Made by a program: the position numbers and the translations under genes. DNA of 64,000 nt from Flavobacteriales bacterium. GTDB taxonomy: Bacteria > Bacteroidota > Bacteroidia > Flavobacteriales > UBA7430. The stretch covers positions 19,050 to 83,049 of the forward strand of contig CBFIGX010000006.1 in the NCBI GenBank assembly GCA_965662265.1, given 5' to 3'. This document shows positions 46,838 to 59,458 of this stretch, in pieces. Under the pieces are notes generated by a model. That model did no database searches. It saw nothing but the letters and a program-made list of their open reading frames with translations, and had not been told where the DNA came from. How positions within the stretch are numbered: position 1 is the first letter of the stretch; the number at the start of each line of letters is the position of its first letter.

Positions 46838-47446
46838 TTATTTTCTTTTACCATGGTGTCTGCCACGATTGTTATTTTTCTTATTTGGCTTGTTTGTTTT
46901 CACATCTATAAATGAGGAAAGTTTGAAGTGTTCTTTCATCACTAGTTTTCCTTCTGAAAGTAATTCTAGGTGTTTTAATATAACCTCATCTTCTACAGAA
47001 GATTTATTCCACATTAGATAGCATTTTTTCATGTGATTCGCTATCGAGTATACAAGTAAATCTTTGTAATCACCTTCTTCTAAACTAACAGCACGGGTAA
47101 TGATTGTCGGTAAAATTTTCCCATAATGTCTGAGTTTAATATTATTTTCAGAATAATTAAGTGGTTCAGGTTTAGCCTCTAAAGATTCTCTAGAAGGTTT
47201 TTCGTAAGGTGCTTCAACATCCAAAAGAAAATCAGACATTATAAATAAGTGATCCCAGAGTTTGTGTTTAAAGTCCGGTACATCTCTTAGATGAGGATTT
47301 AAATTACCCATGACTTCAATGATTGCTTTTGCCTGGTGATTTCTTTTTTCTTGATCTTCGATGTTGATTATCGAGTGAACCATCTTTTGAATATTTCTTC
47401 CGTATTCGGGGATGATTAGTCTTGGTTGACTAGTGTTGTATTCCAT
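46838..47446 (-). CDS. DUF4290-like protein with a strongly basic C-terminal tail
   Basis: 202 aa. N-terminus LIIPEYGRNIQKMV. Tail KTNKPNKKNNNRGRHHGKRK. Lies 6 nt upstream of murA. Confidence 0.65.
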   Translation of the reverse strand: MEYNTSQPRLIIPEYGRNIQKMVHSIINIEDQEKRNHQAKAIIEVMGNLNPHLRDVPDFKHKLWDHLFIMSDFLLDVEAPYEKPSRESLEAKPEPLNYSENNIKLRHYGKILPTIITRAVSLEEGDYKDLLVYSIANHMKKCYLMWNKSSVEDEVILKHLELLSEGKLVMKEHFKLSSFIDVKTNKPNKKNNNRGRHHGKRK

Positions 47447-47454
47447 TCAAATGA

Positions 47455-49785
47455 TTATTTGAGAATTGTGAGTTTTGCAAATTTTGCGAGGAGTGTCTTT
47501 TCTCCAACATCTGTAAAGTTAACGCTAATTTTTTTATTAGCGCCCGTACCTTCTAGTTTACATATTATTCCTATACCAAAACGAATATGCTCTACCTTCA
47601 TTCCTGTAGTATATTTTTGTTCAGTGTAATTTCTTGATTGAATATTAGGGTTTAGTTTTTTTAGGTTATTTGGTATAAAGTCCGATTTAGTTGATGGGTT
47701 TTCTTTTTGTTTAACCGCCCGGTTAAATCTCGATGGGACATTAGTTTTATAGTTTGATGGAGGGCCAAATGTGGCTCTTGTTTTTTTTTGTGATTCATAT
47801 TTTGCAATATTATAATCTAAATAGTCATCACTAATTTCTTCGATAAATCTACTCGGCTCACAATCAATTAAATTCCCCCACCTGTATCTACTCAAAGCAT
47901 AACTAAGCGTAACTCGTTTTTCGGCTCTTGTTAGCGCTACATAAAATAACCGACGTTCTTCTTCAAGATCTGCACGGGTGCTCATAGACATCTGAGATGG
48001 AAATAGATTTTCTTCCAAGCCTACAATATATACATAAGGATATTCAAGACCTTTAGACTGATGAATAGTCATTAGAGAAACGTGATCTCCATTATCATCA
48101 TCTTTCTTGTCTGCGTTTGTTAATAGGGAAATATTTTCAAGATAGGAAGCTAGACTTGTGTTCCTCTCTTCTTCTGCCTTTTCGTTTTCTTGATCTACAA
48201 AGTCTTTTATACCATTAAGTAATTCTTGTAAATTGTCAAATCTAGTAATTCCTTCTGGCGTTTTGTCGTTTTGCATTTCCCTTATTATACCAGATTGTTT
48301 TGCGATGTAAACAGCTACATCATAGGCGTTTTGTTCTATTGCTAAAGCTTGAAAACTTTTAATGAGAACAGCGAAATTATCTACTTTGACTTTGCTTCCC
48401 GAGTTGAGGCCAGTGTTTTCTAATTTAATGTTTTCAATTATCGACCACATCGTTTTTTGCTGTTCTTTTGAGCTTAATGTAATGCGATCAATTGAGCTAT
48501 TACCTATCCCTCTTTTTGGATAATTAATGATACGCCTTAATGCTTCTTCGTCTTTGTTGTTTGTTACTAGACGAAGGTATCCGATTATATCCTTTATTTC
48601 TTTTCTTTGGTAGAAAGATAAACCACCGTATATTCGATATGGGATAGCTCTTTTTCTCAAGGCTTCTTCCATGCTCCTTGATTGTGCATTAGTACGATAT
48701 AAAATGGCAAAATCACAATTGTTGGCGTGCGCTCTGCTTTTTGTTTCTTGTATATTTGAGGCTACTAAAGAGGCTTCATCGTTGTCGCTCATACCTCTGT
48801 TAACCTTTATTTTTTCACCCTGATCATTAGAAGTCCATACTTTTTTATCTAGTTGATCTTTGTTGTTTTTAATTAAGCTATTTGCGGCGTTAACAATATG
48901 TTTAGTAGAGCGATAGTTCTGTTCGAGTTTGATAATTTTTGCGTCGTTATAGTCTTTTTTGAAATTTAAAATGTTTCTAATATTGGCTCCTCGAAAGGCA
49001 TAAATACTTTGGGCATCATCACCTACAACGCAAATATTTTCAAATCGTGACGCTAGAGCTTTAACAATAAGATATTGCGAATGATTGGTATCTTGATATT
49101 CGTCTACTAGAATGTATCTAAAACGATTTTGATATTTGTGCAACACATCAGGATTCTTAAATAATAGTTCATTTGTTTTGAGTAACAAATCATCAAAATC
49201 CATTGCACCTGATTTAAAGCACTCTTTAACGTAGCGCTCATAAATGTCTCCCATTAGTGGTCTATGTGCTGAATCATCTTGTGTTTTAAGCTCAGTGTTG
49301 TTGTGATAGGCTTTAACGGTAATCAGGTTGTTTTTGAAAGATGAAATCCTAGATTGAATGATGCTAACCTTATAAATATCAGTGTCAAGATTCATTTCTT
49401 TAATAATTCTTCGCAAAAGAGTTTTGGAGTCATCGGTGTCATAAATTGTAAAGTTAGAGGGATACCCTAGTTTATCAGCTTCAAACCTTAGGATTTTCGC
49501 AAAAACTGAGTGGAATGTACCCATCCATAAATTTTTTGATTCTTGTCCAACAATAGCTCCTATTCGCTCTTGCATTTCTTTAGCCGCTTTGTTAGTGAAA
49601 GTTAAAGAAAGGATGTTAAAGGGGTCTACCCCTTTGTTCAGTAGGTGTGCTATTCGGTATGTTAGAACACGAGTTTTTCCTGCTCCCGCTCCCGCTATAA
49701 CCATTACGGGTCCTTCGGTTTGCTCTACAGCAGAAAGCTGTGATGAATTTAAATGGGTTAAATAATCACGCATTAAATTTGCCAA
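47455..49785 (-). CDS. ATP-dependent DNA helicase, UvrD/PcrA/Rep family
   Basis: 776 aa. Walker A AGAGAGKT, motif II VDEYQDTN, motif VI-type VALTRAEK, C-terminal Tudor-like extension. Confidence 0.93.
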   Translation of the reverse strand: MANLMRDYLTHLNSSQLSAVEQTEGPVMVIAGAGAGKTRVLTYRIAHLLNKGVDPFNILSLTFTNKAAKEMQERIGAIVGQESKNLWMGTFHSVFAKILRFEADKLGYPSNFTIYDTDDSKTLLRRIIKEMNLDTDIYKVSIIQSRISSFKNNLITVKAYHNNTELKTQDDSAHRPLMGDIYERYVKECFKSGAMDFDDLLLKTNELLFKNPDVLHKYQNRFRYILVDEYQDTNHSQYLIVKALASRFENICVVGDDAQSIYAFRGANIRNILNFKKDYNDAKIIKLEQNYRSTKHIVNAANSLIKNNKDQLDKKVWTSNDQGEKIKVNRGMSDNDEASLVASNIQETKSRAHANNCDFAILYRTNAQSRSMEEALRKRAIPYRIYGGLSFYQRKEIKDIIGYLRLVTNNKDEEALRRIINYPKRGIGNSSIDRITLSSKEQQKTMWSIIENIKLENTGLNSGSKVKVDNFAVLIKSFQALAIEQNAYDVAVYIAKQSGIIREMQNDKTPEGITRFDNLQELLNGIKDFVDQENEKAEEERNTSLASYLENISLLTNADKKDDDNGDHVSLMTIHQSKGLEYPYVYIVGLEENLFPSQMSMSTRADLEEERRLFYVALTRAEKRVTLSYALSRYRWGNLIDCEPSRFIEEISDDYLDYNIAKYESQKKTRATFGPPSNYKTNVPSRFNRAVKQKENPSTKSDFIPNNLKKLNPNIQSRNYTEQKYTTGMKVEHIRFGIGIICKLEGTGANKKISVNFTDVGEKTLLAKFAKLTILK

Positions 49786-49821
49786 ATATGTTTAAATGTA
49801 AAATCAATTATAAGTAGGTAT

Positions 49822-49829
49822 CAAAGTTA
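49822..49829 (-). promoter_or_regulatory. -7 promoter box TAacTTTG for the helicase-DUF4290-murA string
   Basis: Plus strand caaagtta, 37 nt upstream of the ATG at 49785. Confidence 0.45.
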
Positions 49830-50058
49830 TATTTTATGTGCTACCTATAAAAGCTTGTTTTGAAAAAAAACATGCTATTTATTAAAAGGGCTGAAATTAG
49901 TAGAGTACAATACTATAAATATGACAATTTCAATCAATTATTATTTTTTGACACTACTTTTTGTCTGTTCATAAGTTGAATAAAGCTTTATTTTCTCTCA
50001 ATTATAGCATATCAATAAATAAAAGTAGAGAGCTATTTGTAAAACAAAGTAAAAGTTA

Positions 50059-50066
50059 TACATTTG
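50059..50066 (+). promoter_or_regulatory. -7 promoter box TAcaTTTG for the rpsL-led ribosomal cluster
   Basis: Exact TAnnTTTG, 58 nt upstream of the rpsL ATG, followed by the hairpin ccctaaaaattaggg (50071-50085). Confidence 0.5.
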
Positions 50067-50123
50067 CAATCCCTAAAAATTAGGGAAGTTGTATAGAAAC
50101 AAATTATAAATCAAAATAGCATT

Positions 50124-50498
50124 ATGCCTACTATTCAGCAGTTGGTACGAAAAGGTCGGGAAAAGTTTACTAAGAAAAGTAAGTCGGCCGCACTAGATGC
50201 TTGTCCTCAAAGAAGAGGTGTTTGCACCCGTGTGTATACGACCACTCCTAAGAAACCAAACTCAGCAATGCGTAAAGTAGCAAGGGTTAGGTTGACTAAT
50301 GGAAACGAAGTCAATGCATATATTCCGGGAGAAGGACACAACTTACAAGAGCACTCAATCGTTTTGGTTCGTGGAGGAAGGGTAAAAGATCTTCCTGGTG
50401 TGCGTTACCATATCGTTCGTGGTGCTTTGGATACAGCGGGTGTTGACGGACGTACGCAAAGACGTTCTAAGTACGGAGCTAAAAAACCTAAAAAGTAA
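50124..50498 (+). CDS. rpsL: 30S ribosomal protein S12
   Basis: 124 aa. [11 protein letters not shown] and [13 protein letters not shown] motifs. Confidence 0.98.
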   Translation: MPTIQQLVRKGREKFTKKSKSAALDACPQRRGVCTRVYTTTPKKPNSAMRKVARVRLTNGNEVNAYIPGEGHNLQEHSIVLVRGGRVKDLPGVRYHIVRGALDTAGVDGRTQRRSKYGAKKPKK

Positions 50499-50525
50499 TC
50501 AGAGTAATCTGAAGAACAAAGTAAA

Positions 50526-50999
50526 ATGAGAAAAGCAAGAGCTAAAAAAAGAGTCTTATTACCAGATCCAAAGTTTAATGATACGATTGTAACTCGTTTC
50601 GTTAACAACTTGATGTTGGATGGTAAAAAGAGTACTGCGTTCAGAATATTTTATGATGCAATGGACATTGTAGGAGATAAGAACGGGGACGAAGAGTCAG
50701 CATTGGAAACATTTAAGCAGGCGTTGCAAAACGCTACACCACATGTAGAAGTACGTAGTAGAAGAGTGGGTGGTGCTACATTCCAAATTCCAATGCAAAT
50801 TCGTCCTGACAGGAAGATGTCTTTAGGCATGAAGTGGATGATTTCTGTTGCGCGTAATCGCAACGAAAAGACCATGGCATTAAGATTGGCTAATGAGATT
50901 CTAGCGGCCTCTAAGGAAGAGGGTGCTACAGTAAAGAAGAGAACCGATGTTCACCGTATGGCGGAAGCAAACAAAGCATTCTCTCACTTTAGATTTTAA
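50526..50999 (+). CDS. rpsG: 30S ribosomal protein S7
   Basis: 157 aa. [24 protein letters not shown]. Confidence 0.98.
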   Translation: MRKARAKKRVLLPDPKFNDTIVTRFVNNLMLDGKKSTAFRIFYDAMDIVGDKNGDEESALETFKQALQNATPHVEVRSRRVGGATFQIPMQIRPDRKMSLGMKWMISVARNRNEKTMALRLANEILAASKEEGATVKKRTDVHRMAEANKAFSHFRF

Positions 51000-51018
51000 C
51001 TATTAAAGAATCGTAAAA

Positions 51019-53133
51019 ATGGCTAAAAGAGATCTAAAATTTACACGTAACATTGGTATCATGGCGCATATTGATGCTGGTAAAACAACAACTACCGAGC
51101 GTGTTTTGTACTATACAGGTGTGTCACACAAAATTGGTGAGGTTCATGATGGTGCAGCTACTATGGACTGGATGGAGCAAGAGCAGGAAAGAGGTATTAC
51201 TATTACTTCTGCTGCTACAACTTGTTTTTGGAATTACCGAGAGAAGGAATATCAAATGAATATTATTGATACTCCAGGTCACGTAGATTTTACCGTTGAA
51301 GTTGAGCGTTCGTTACGTGTTTTAGATGGTGCGGTGGCATTGTTCTGTGCAGTAGGTGGTGTTGAACCTCAGTCTGAGACTGTATGGCGTCAAGCTGATA
51401 AATATTCTGTTCCTCGTATTGGTTTCGTTAATAAAATGGACCGTGCAGGAGCTGACTTCTTTAACGTGGTTGCTCAAGTTAAAGATCGTTTAGGGGCGCA
51501 CCCTGTTCCTCTACAAGTACCAATTGGTGCGGAGGATACATTTAAAGGTGTTGTAGACCTTATTTCCAATAAGGCAATTGTATGGAATGATGATACTCAA
51601 GGAATGACTTATGATGAGATAGAAATTCCTGAGGATCTAGTAAATACTGTTGCTGAGTGGAGAGAAAAGTTGATTGAGTCTATCGCTGAGTACGATGACA
51701 ATTTGATGGAGAAATTCTTCGATAACCCAGATTCAATTACTCAAGACGAAATAGAATCTGCTATCAAAGCAGCGGTGCACGATATGAAAATTACTCCTAT
51801 GTTTTGTGGCTCTGCCTTCAAGAACAAAGGTGTGCAAGCTGTGCTAGATGCAGTAATGGAGTTTTTACCTTCTCCAGTAGATGTTGATTCTATTGTAGGT
51901 ACAAACCCAAGAACAGAAGAAGAAGAAGAGCGTAAGCCTGACGTGACTGAGCCATTTGCAGCTTTGGCATTTAAGATTGCTACCGACCCATTTGTAGGTC
52001 GACTATGTTTCTTCAGAGTTTATTCTGGTAATTTAGATGCAGGTTCATATATCTGGAACTCAAGAACTGGAAAAAAAGAGCGCATCTCACGTATATTCCA
52101 AATGCACTCGAATAAGCAGAATGCGATTGATAATATAGGTGCAGGTGATATAGGTGCAGGTGTTGGATTTAAAGACATTCGTACTGGTGATACATTACAT
52201 TCTGAAAAAGAGCCTATCGTATTAGAGTCAATGTCTTTCCCCGAGCCAGTAATTGGTATTGCAGTCGAGCCTAAAACAAAGGCGGATGTTGATAAGATGG
52301 GTATGGCTTTGGCAAAGTTAGCCGAAGAAGACCCTACATTCCGTGTTGCTACCAACGAGGAAACAGGTCAAACAGTGATTTCTGGTATGGGTGAACTTCA
52401 CTTAGATATCCTTATTGATCGTATGCGTCGAGAATTTAAGGTAGAGTGTAACCAAGGTGCTCCTCAAGTACAATATAAAGAAGCTATACGTGGAACATTC
52501 GAGCACAGACAAACTTATAAAAAGCAATCTGGTGGTAAAGGTAAATTTGCTGATATTCAGTTTAGAATTGAACCTGTAGTTGCTCCTGAAGGTGAAGAGG
52601 TGAAAGAAGGCTTGGAGTTTGTAGACCAAATTAAAGGTGGTTCTATTCCAAGAGAATTTATTCCTTCTGTTCAAAAAGGATTTACGCAAGCTATGACAAC
52701 TGGACCTTTAGCTGGGTATCCAATGGATAGTTTAAAAGTTACCTTGTTTGATGGTTCTTTCCACGCGGTGGATTCGGATGCCTTGTCATTCGAATTAGCT
52801 GCCAAGATGGGTTATAAAGAAGCTTGTAAGCAAGCACAACCCGCATTAATGGAGCCAGTAATGAAGTTGGAAGTTGTTACTCCAGAAGATTATATGGGAG
52901 ATGTAGTAGCTGACTTGAATCGAAGAAGAGGTCAAGTAGCTGGAATGGATTCACGTAATGGAGCTCAGGTAATTAAAGCAAATGTTCCTCTCTCAGAGAT
53001 GTTTGGATATGTTACAGCACTTCGTACTGTAACTTCAGGTAGAGCTACTTCAACTATGGAGTTCTCTCATTACGATGATTGTCCAAAGAATATTGCCGAG
53101 GAGGTAATATCAAAAGTTAACGGTAAAGCATAA
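51019..53133 (+). CDS. fusA: Translation elongation factor G
   Basis: 704 aa. G1 [10 protein letters not shown]3 DTPGHVDF, G4 NKMD. Confidence 0.98.
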   Translation: MAKRDLKFTRNIGIMAHIDAGKTTTTERVLYYTGVSHKIGEVHDGAATMDWMEQEQERGITITSAATTCFWNYREKEYQMNIIDTPGHVDFTVEVERSLRVLDGAVALFCAVGGVEPQSETVWRQADKYSVPRIGFVNKMDRAGADFFNVVAQVKDRLGAHPVPLQVPIGAEDTFKGVVDLISNKAIVWNDDTQGMTYDEIEIPEDLVNTVAEWREKLIESIAEYDDNLMEKFFDNPDSITQDEIESAIKAAVHDMKITPMFCGSAFKNKGVQAVLDAVMEFLPSPVDVDSIVGTNPRTEEEEERKPDVTEPFAALAFKIATDPFVGRLCFFRVYSGNLDAGSYIWNSRTGKKERISRIFQMHSNKQNAIDNIGAGDIGAGVGFKDIRTGDTLHSEKEPIVLESMSFPEPVIGIAVEPKTKADVDKMGMALAKLAEEDPTFRVATNEETGQTVISGMGELHLDILIDRMRREFKVECNQGAPQVQYKEAIRGTFEHRQTYKKQSGGKGKFADIQFRIEPVVAPEGEEVKEGLEFVDQIKGGSIPREFIPSVQKGFTQAMTTGPLAGYPMDSLKVTLFDGSFHAVDSDALSFELAAKMGYKEACKQAQPALMEPVMKLEVVTPEDYMGDVVADLNRRRGQVAGMDSRNGAQVIKANVPLSEMFGYVTALRTVTSGRATSTMEFSHYDDCPKNIAEEVISKVNGKA

Positions 53134-53144
53134 TTCAGCAAACT

Positions 53145-53450
53145 ATGAGTCAAAAGATTAGAATAAAGTTAAAGTCTTACGACCACAATTTAGTGGATAA
53201 ATCTGCTGAGAAAATTGTGAAAACTGTTAAGACAACAGGTGCAGTAGTTAATGGTCCAATTCCATTACCAACTCACAAAAAAATATACACAGTGCTTCGT
53301 TCTCCTCACGTCAATAAGAAAGCTCGTGAACAATTCGAGTTAAGTTCTTACAAACGTTTGTTAGACATCTATAGTTCTTCTTCAAAAACTGTTGATGCTT
53401 TGATGAGGTTAGAATTACCTAGTGGTGTAGAAGTAGAGATTAAAGTTTAA
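53145..53450 (+). CDS. rpsJ: 30S ribosomal protein S10
   Basis: 101 aa. [14 protein letters not shown] and [14 protein letters not shown]. Confidence 0.98.
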   Translation: MSQKIRIKLKSYDHNLVDKSAEKIVKTVKTTGAVVNGPIPLPTHKKIYTVLRSPHVNKKAREQFELSSYKRLLDIYSSSSKTVDALMRLELPSGVEVEIKV

Positions 53451-53475
53451 TAAGTTATCCATTAAATAAACAAAA

Positions 53476-54093
53476 ATGCCAGGTTTAATTGGAAAAAAAG
53501 TAGGAATGACAAGCATCTTTAATGACCAAGGGAAAAATGTTCCTTGTACAGTTTTAGAAGTTGGTCCTTGTGTAGTAACACAAGTTAGAACCCTCGAAGC
53601 AGACGGTTACGAGGCTATTCAGCTTGGTTATGGCGAAAAGAAGGCAAAAAATGTAGGTAAGGCACTTACAGGTCATTTTGCTAAAGCTAAAACTACTCCG
53701 AAAGTTAAAGTTCAAGAATTTAACGGATTCGAAAATGAACTTAATTTAGGGGATGTAGTTGATGTAGAGCTTTTCGTCGAAGGTGAATATGTTGATGTAA
53801 CTGGTGTATCAAAGGGTAAAGGTTTTCAAGGAGTTGTTAAGCGACACGGTTTCCGAGGTGTAGGTGATGCTACTCACGGACAGCACAACCGTTTACGTGC
53901 TCCAGGTTCTATTGGTGCGGCTTCTTACCCTGCACGTGTATTCAAAGGAATGCGCATGGCAGGTCGTATGGGAGGTGATCAGGTAACTGTCGCCAATCTT
54001 GAAGTCTTAAAAGTGATCAAGGACAAAAACTTATTAGTTGTAAAAGGTTCTGTGCCAGGGCCGAAAAACTCACTCTTAACGATCGAGAAATAA
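53476..54093 (+). CDS. rplC: 50S ribosomal protein L3
   Basis: 205 aa. [10 protein letters not shown] and [13 protein letters not shown]. Confidence 0.98.
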   Translation: MPGLIGKKVGMTSIFNDQGKNVPCTVLEVGPCVVTQVRTLEADGYEAIQLGYGEKKAKNVGKALTGHFAKAKTTPKVKVQEFNGFENELNLGDVVDVELFVEGEYVDVTGVSKGKGFQGVVKRHGFRGVGDATHGQHNRLRAPGSIGAASYPARVFKGMRMAGRMGGDQVTVANLEVLKVIKDKNLLVVKGSVPGPKNSLLTIEK

Positions 54094-54719
54094 TGGAAGC
54101 AGTAGTATTAGATATTAAGGGTAAAGATACAGGTAGAAAAGTGTCTTTAAACGATGCAATCTATGCCATCGAGCCAAACGATCACGCTATATATTTAGAC
54201 GTAAAGCACTACTTGGCTAACCAACGCCAAGGTACCCACAAGTCTAAAGAAAGAGCAGAGATTACAGGATCTACAAGAAAAATTAAGAAGCAAAAAGGAA
54301 CCGGTACCGCTCGTGCAGGTAGTATAAAATCTCCTGTGTTTAGAGGTGGTGGTCGTATTTTTGGACCTCGTCCAAGAAATTATTCTTTCAAGCTCAATAA
54401 AAAACTAAAAGTTTTAGCTCGTAAATCAGCGTTCACTATGAAAGCTAAAGACGAGACGATTCTTGTTTTAGAGAACTTTTCGTTTGAGACGCCCAAGACG
54501 GCTTCTTACACAGAAATTTTAACTAACCTAGGGCTTTCAGGTAAAAAAACCCTATTGGTGCTAGGAGATTCAAATAAAAATGTATATTTGTCGTCGCGAA
54601 ATTTACAGCGCACAGAGGTTGTAACCACCTCTGAATTAAGTACTTATAAGATACTTAATGCTGGAACCTTATTATTGACAGAGGACGCGGTAGAGAAAAT
54701 AGATAACATTTTAAGCTAA
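54093..54719 (+). CDS. rplD: 50S ribosomal protein L4
   Basis: 208 aa. [22 protein letters not shown]. Confidence 0.97.
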   Translation: MEAVVLDIKGKDTGRKVSLNDAIYAIEPNDHAIYLDVKHYLANQRQGTHKSKERAEITGSTRKIKKQKGTGTARAGSIKSPVFRGGGRIFGPRPRNYSFKLNKKLKVLARKSAFTMKAKDETILVLENFSFETPKTASYTEILTNLGLSGKKTLLVLGDSNKNVYLSSRNLQRTEVVTTSELSTYKILNAGTLLLTEDAVEKIDNILS

Positions 54720-54726
54720 ACAGACT

Positions 54727-55017
54727 ATGGATATTCTTATTAAACCGGTTATTACCGAGAAGATGACAGATGAAAGTGAAAAGTATAATCGCTTTGGTTT
54801 TGTTGTTGATAGGAGAGCTAATAAGCTTGAAATCAAAGACGCTGTGGAAAAAACCTACGGTGTGTCTGTACAAAAAGTAAGAACTATGATTTATCCAGGA
54901 AAAGCCAAATCTCGTAATACGAAAGGTGGCGTAATTAGTGGAAGAACAAATTCTTACAAGAAAGCTATTGTAGAAATAGCTGAAGGTGATAGTATTGATT
55001 TTTATAGCAATATTTAA
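54727..55017 (+). CDS. rplW: 50S ribosomal protein L23
   Basis: 96 aa. ILIKPVITEK and KLEIKDAVEKTYGV. Confidence 0.97.
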   Translation: MDILIKPVITEKMTDESEKYNRFGFVVDRRANKLEIKDAVEKTYGVSVQKVRTMIYPGKAKSRNTKGGVISGRTNSYKKAIVEIAEGDSIDFYSNI

Positions 55018-55024
55018 ATAGATT

Positions 55025-55849
<825 letters not shown>

Positions 55850-55854
55850 TAGAT

Positions 55855-56133
55855 ATGGCGCGTTCACTAAAAAAAGGACCTTACGTACACTATAAGCTAG
55901 AAAAGAAAGTTCTTGCTAATGCTGAGTCTAGTAAAAAAACGGTAATCAAAACTTGGTCTAGAGCCTCGATGATTACGCCTGATTTTGTTGGTCAAACTAT
56001 AGCAGTACATAATGGTCGGCAGTTTATTCCTGTTTTTGTAACAGAAAACATGGTAGGTCATAAGTTGGGCGAATTTGCCCTTACCCGTACCTATAGAGGT
56101 CATGGTGGTAAAAAAGATAAGGGTAGAAGATAA
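55855..56133 (+). CDS. rpsS: 30S ribosomal protein S19
   Basis: 92 aa. [10 protein letters not shown] and [16 protein letters not shown]. Confidence 0.98.
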   Translation: MARSLKKGPYVHYKLEKKVLANAESSKKTVIKTWSRASMITPDFVGQTIAVHNGRQFIPVFVTENMVGHKLGEFALTRTYRGHGGKKDKGRR

Positions 56134-56151
56134 CAGTATTAAGCCTTAATC

Positions 56152-56556
56152 ATGGGAAAAAGAAAACATAATACGGCAGTAGCAATAAAGGAAGCACGTG
56201 CTAACGTTGCTTTTGCAAAGCTAAATAATTGCCCTACTTCCCCAAGAAAAATGCGTCTTGTGGCTGATTTGGTACGTGGAGTTGAAGTAAATAAGGCTCT
56301 ACAAATTTTGAAGTTTAACACTAAGGAGGCATCTAACCGTTTAGAGAAGTTACTTCTTTCTGCTATTGCTAATTGGCAAGCAAAGAATGAAGATGCTCGT
56401 ATGGAAGATAGTGGTCTGTTCGTCAAGGAAATTCAAGTAGATTCTGCTCGAGTTTTGAAGCGATTACGACCAGCCCCTCAAGGTAGAGCTCACAGAATTA
56501 GAAAGCGTTCAAATCATGTAACAGTCGTGATAGGAAGTAAATCAGAAAAAGAATAA
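56152..56556 (+). CDS. rplV: 50S ribosomal protein L22
   Basis: 134 aa. [14 protein letters not shown] and [16 protein letters not shown]. Confidence 0.97.
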   Translation: MGKRKHNTAVAIKEARANVAFAKLNNCPTSPRKMRLVADLVRGVEVNKALQILKFNTKEASNRLEKLLLSAIANWQAKNEDARMEDSGLFVKEIQVDSARVLKRLRPAPQGRAHRIRKRSNHVTVVIGSKSEKE

Positions 56557-56562
56557 CCTGAT

Positions 56563-57282
56563 ATGGGACAAAAGACTAATCCAATAGGTAACCGTTTGGG
56601 AATCATCAGAGGATGGGATTCGGCATGGTATGGCGGAAAAAACTTCGGTGACAAAATAGCAGAAGACAGCAAAATACGAAAGTATATTGATGCTCGTTTG
56701 TCTAAGGCAAGTGTTTCTAAAGTAATCATCGAACGTACATTAAAACTCGTTACAATTACAATTTGCACTGCTAGACCTGGTATTATTATCGGTAAAGGTG
56801 GTTCAGAGGTAGATCGATTGAAAGAAGAGTTAAAAAAATTAACTCAGAAAGATGTTCAGGTGAATATCTACGAAATTAAAAGACCAGAGATTGATGCGAA
56901 ACTAGTTGGTGCAAGTATAGCTCGCCAGATAGAAGGACGTATTTCATATCGTCGTGCCGTTAAAATGGCCATTGCTTCTGCAATGCGAATGGGTGCTGAA
57001 GGAATCAAAATCCAAGTATCTGGTAGACTAAATGGCGCCGAGATGGCTCGTTCAGAAATGTATAAAGATGGTAGAACACCATTGCATACTTTCCGAGCGG
57101 ATATTGATTATGCCCTTGTAGAGTCGCATACCACATATGGAGTACTTGGAGTTAAAGTTTGGATATGTAAAGGTGAGTTATACGGAAAGCGTGACTTAAC
57201 TCCTATTGAAACTTTATCGAAAGGTCCTAAGAAACAAGGTCGTGGTTCCCGAGGTGGTTCACAACGTAGAAAAAGAAAGTAG
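56563..57282 (+). CDS. rpsC: 30S ribosomal protein S3
   Basis: 239 aa. [15 protein letters not shown]-domain motif GIIIGKGG. Confidence 0.98.
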   Translation: MGQKTNPIGNRLGIIRGWDSAWYGGKNFGDKIAEDSKIRKYIDARLSKASVSKVIIERTLKLVTITICTARPGIIIGKGGSEVDRLKEELKKLTQKDVQVNIYEIKRPEIDAKLVGASIARQIEGRISYRRAVKMAIASAMRMGAEGIKIQVSGRLNGAEMARSEMYKDGRTPLHTFRADIDYALVESHTTYGVLGVKVWICKGELYGKRDLTPIETLSKGPKKQGRGSRGGSQRRKRK

Positions 57283-57310
57283 TAATAAGCTCTACTAAAA
57301 CGTAAGAAAG

Positions 57311-57733
57311 ATGTTACAACCAAAAAGAACGAAGTTCCGTAAGATGCAAAAAGGCCGCATGAAGGGTAATGCCGGGCGTGGTAATCAAATTGCATTCGGA
57401 TCTTTCGCTATCAAAGCTTTGGAAGAATGTTGGATTACTTCACGTCAAATTGAAGCAGCTCGTATCGCGGCAACCCGTTATATGAAACGTGAAGGTCAGA
57501 TGTGGATTCGTATTTTTCCAGACAAACCTATTACTAAAAAACCTGCCGAAGTTCGAATGGGTAAAGGTAAAGGTGCACCAGAATATTGGGCTGCAGTTGT
57601 TAAACCAGGACGTGTTATGTTCGAACTAGATGGAGTTTCTAGAGAGGTCGCTCAAGAAGCCCTGCGTTTATCAGCTCAAAAACTGCCAATAACAACTAAG
57701 TTCGTAGTTAGAAGAGACTACGTTGAAGCTTAA
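57311..57733 (+). CDS. rplP: 50S ribosomal protein L16
   Basis: 140 aa. [11 protein letters not shown] and [12 protein letters not shown]. Confidence 0.98.
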   Translation: MLQPKRTKFRKMQKGRMKGNAGRGNQIAFGSFAIKALEECWITSRQIEAARIAATRYMKREGQMWIRIFPDKPITKKPAEVRMGKGKGAPEYWAAVVKPGRVMFELDGVSREVAQEALRLSAQKLPITTKFVVRRDYVEA

Positions 57734-57750
57734 TCGATAAATTTTTAGCG

Positions 57751-57945
57751 ATGAAACAAGCTGTAATTATTGAAATGACAACTGAGGAGTTGATAGGTAA
57801 ACTTGAACAGGAAAGAGCTACACTTGCTAAACTAAATTTAGCACATGCAGTATCTCCTTTAGAGAACCCTTTACAAATTCGTCAAACAAAGAAAACAGTT
57901 GCACGAATTCTAACAGAAGTTAGAAGAAGAGAAATACAAGCATAA
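57751..57945 (+). CDS. rpmC: 50S ribosomal protein L29
   Basis: 64 aa. Position and the LENPLQIRQTKKTVARILT motif. Confidence 0.95.
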   Translation: MKQAVIIEMTTEELIGKLEQERATLAKLNLAHAVSPLENPLQIRQTKKTVARILTEVRRREIQA

Positions 57946-57951
57946 AACAAG

Positions 57952-58209
57952 ATGGAAACTAGAAATCTTAGAAAAGAACGTGTAGGGGTTGTAAAGAGCA
58001 ACAAAATGCACAAATCTGTTACCGTGTCTATCCAACGTAAAGAAAGACATGCTATGTACGGAAAGTTCGTGAAGAAATCTTCTACTTTTGTTGCTCATGA
58101 TGAGAAAAATGATTGCAATATCGGAGATACGGTGCGCATCATGGAAACACGTCCACTGAGTAAAACAAAGAATTGGAGAGTAGTAGAAATCCTAGAAAGA
58201 GCTAAGTAA
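57952..58209 (+). CDS. rpsQ: 30S ribosomal protein S17
   Basis: 85 aa. [16 protein letters not shown] and [13 protein letters not shown]. Confidence 0.97.
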   Translation: METRNLRKERVGVVKSNKMHKSVTVSIQRKERHAMYGKFVKKSSTFVAHDEKNDCNIGDTVRIMETRPLSKTKNWRVVEILERAK

Positions 58210-58210
58210 G

Positions 58211-58579
58211 ATGGTACAACAGGAAAGTCGATTAAAAGTAGCCGACAACACGGGTGCCAAAGAAGTACTTTGTATTCGTGTATTAGGTGGTACTCGCAGA
58301 AGATACGCCTCATTAGGAGATAAGATTGTTGTTACTGTTAAGTCTGCAATACCTGCAGGAACAGTAAAAAAAGGTCAAGTGTCTACGGCAGTAGTTGTTC
58401 GTACAAAAAAAGAAGTACGTCGTCAAGATGGATCGTATATTCGATTTGATGACAATGCTTGTGTTTTGTTAAGTACTACTGGAGAAATGAGAGGTACACG
58501 TGTATTCGGGCCAGTAGCCCGAGAACTACGTGACAAGCAGTACATGAAAATAGTTTCACTAGCACCAGAGGTGTTATAA
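58211..58579 (+). CDS. rplN: 50S ribosomal protein L14
   Basis: 122 aa. [18 protein letters not shown]. Confidence 0.98.
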   Translation: MVQQESRLKVADNTGAKEVLCIRVLGGTRRRYASLGDKIVVTVKSAIPAGTVKKGQVSTAVVVRTKKEVRRQDGSYIRFDDNACVLLSTTGEMRGTRVFGPVARELRDKQYMKIVSLAPEVL

Positions 58580-58590
58580 AAACAATTAGG

Positions 58591-58905
58591 ATGTCTAAAA
58601 TACACATAAAAAAAGGAGATACAGTAAAAGTATTGTCAGGTGCCGACAACGGTAAAACTGGCAAGGTAGTTTCTGTCGATCTTCAAAAATCAAGAGCCTT
58701 CGTAGAAGGCGTAAACATGGTGTCGAAACATACAAAGCCAAGTGCTACTAGCCCTCAAGGAGGGATTATCAAAAGCGAGGCTTCTGTTCATATTTCTAAC
58801 CTTATGGTCGTTGATTCGAAAGGTCAAGCTAGCCGTATAGGAAGAAAGCTTAATGATGCAGGTAAGTTAGTTAGATACTCCAAAAAATCAGGGGAGGTTT
58901 TATAA
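58591..58905 (+). CDS. rplX: 50S ribosomal protein L24
   Basis: 104 aa. [22 protein letters not shown] (KOW motif). Confidence 0.97.
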   Translation: MSKIHIKKGDTVKVLSGADNGKTGKVVSVDLQKSRAFVEGVNMVSKHTKPSATSPQGGIIKSEASVHISNLMVVDSKGQASRIGRKLNDAGKLVRYSKKSGEVL

Positions 58906-59453
58906 TGTCGTATACTCCAAGACTACAAGAGAAATATCGCAACGAGATTGTTGCGGCTCTCACGGAGCGCATGGGTTACAAAAATATCATGCAAGTGCCC
59001 AAGTTAGAGAAGATTTGTTTGAATCAAGGGATTGGTGAAGCTACTACAGATAAGAAATTAGTTGAAGTAGCAGCTGATGAGATGACTCGTATCTGCGGTC
59101 AGAAAGCCGTAGGAACTCTTTCAAAGAAAGATATCTCCAACTTTAAACTAAGAAAGGGAATGCCAGTAGGTGTTCGTGTTACATTACGTGGAGAACGTAT
59201 GTATGAATTCTTAGATCGTTTAGTTTCTACTGCTCTTCCTGCGGTACGTGACTTCCACGGGATTAATCCAAAAGGATTTGACGGTAGAGGTAACTACAAT
59301 TTAGGAATTAAAGAGCAGATCATATTCCCTGAGATCTTCATTGATCAAGTGAATAAGATTACCGGTATGGATATTACATTTGTAACATCTGCAAATACTG
59401 ATAAAGAAGCTTTTGAGTTGTTAAAAGAATTTGGTTTACCATTTAAAAAATAA
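58905..59453 (+). CDS. rplE: 50S ribosomal protein L5
   Basis: 182 aa. [16 protein letters not shown] and [13 protein letters not shown]. Confidence 0.98.
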   Translation: MSYTPRLQEKYRNEIVAALTERMGYKNIMQVPKLEKICLNQGIGEATTDKKLVEVAADEMTRICGQKAVGTLSKKDISNFKLRKGMPVGVRVTLRGERMYEFLDRLVSTALPAVRDFHGINPKGFDGRGNYNLGIKEQIIFPEIFIDQVNKITGMDITFVTSANTDKEAFELLKEFGLPFKK

Positions 59454-59458
59454 GTAGG

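Noticed and set aside
53134-53144. No tuf gene after fusA, and no adk between secY and map (63606..63614)
   Set aside because: Both look like deletions only when compared with the E. coli/Bacillus order. As I recall it, Bacteroidota keep tuf in a separate cluster and place map directly after secY. I did not check this against a database. The junctions are clean 9-11-nt spacers with no scars.
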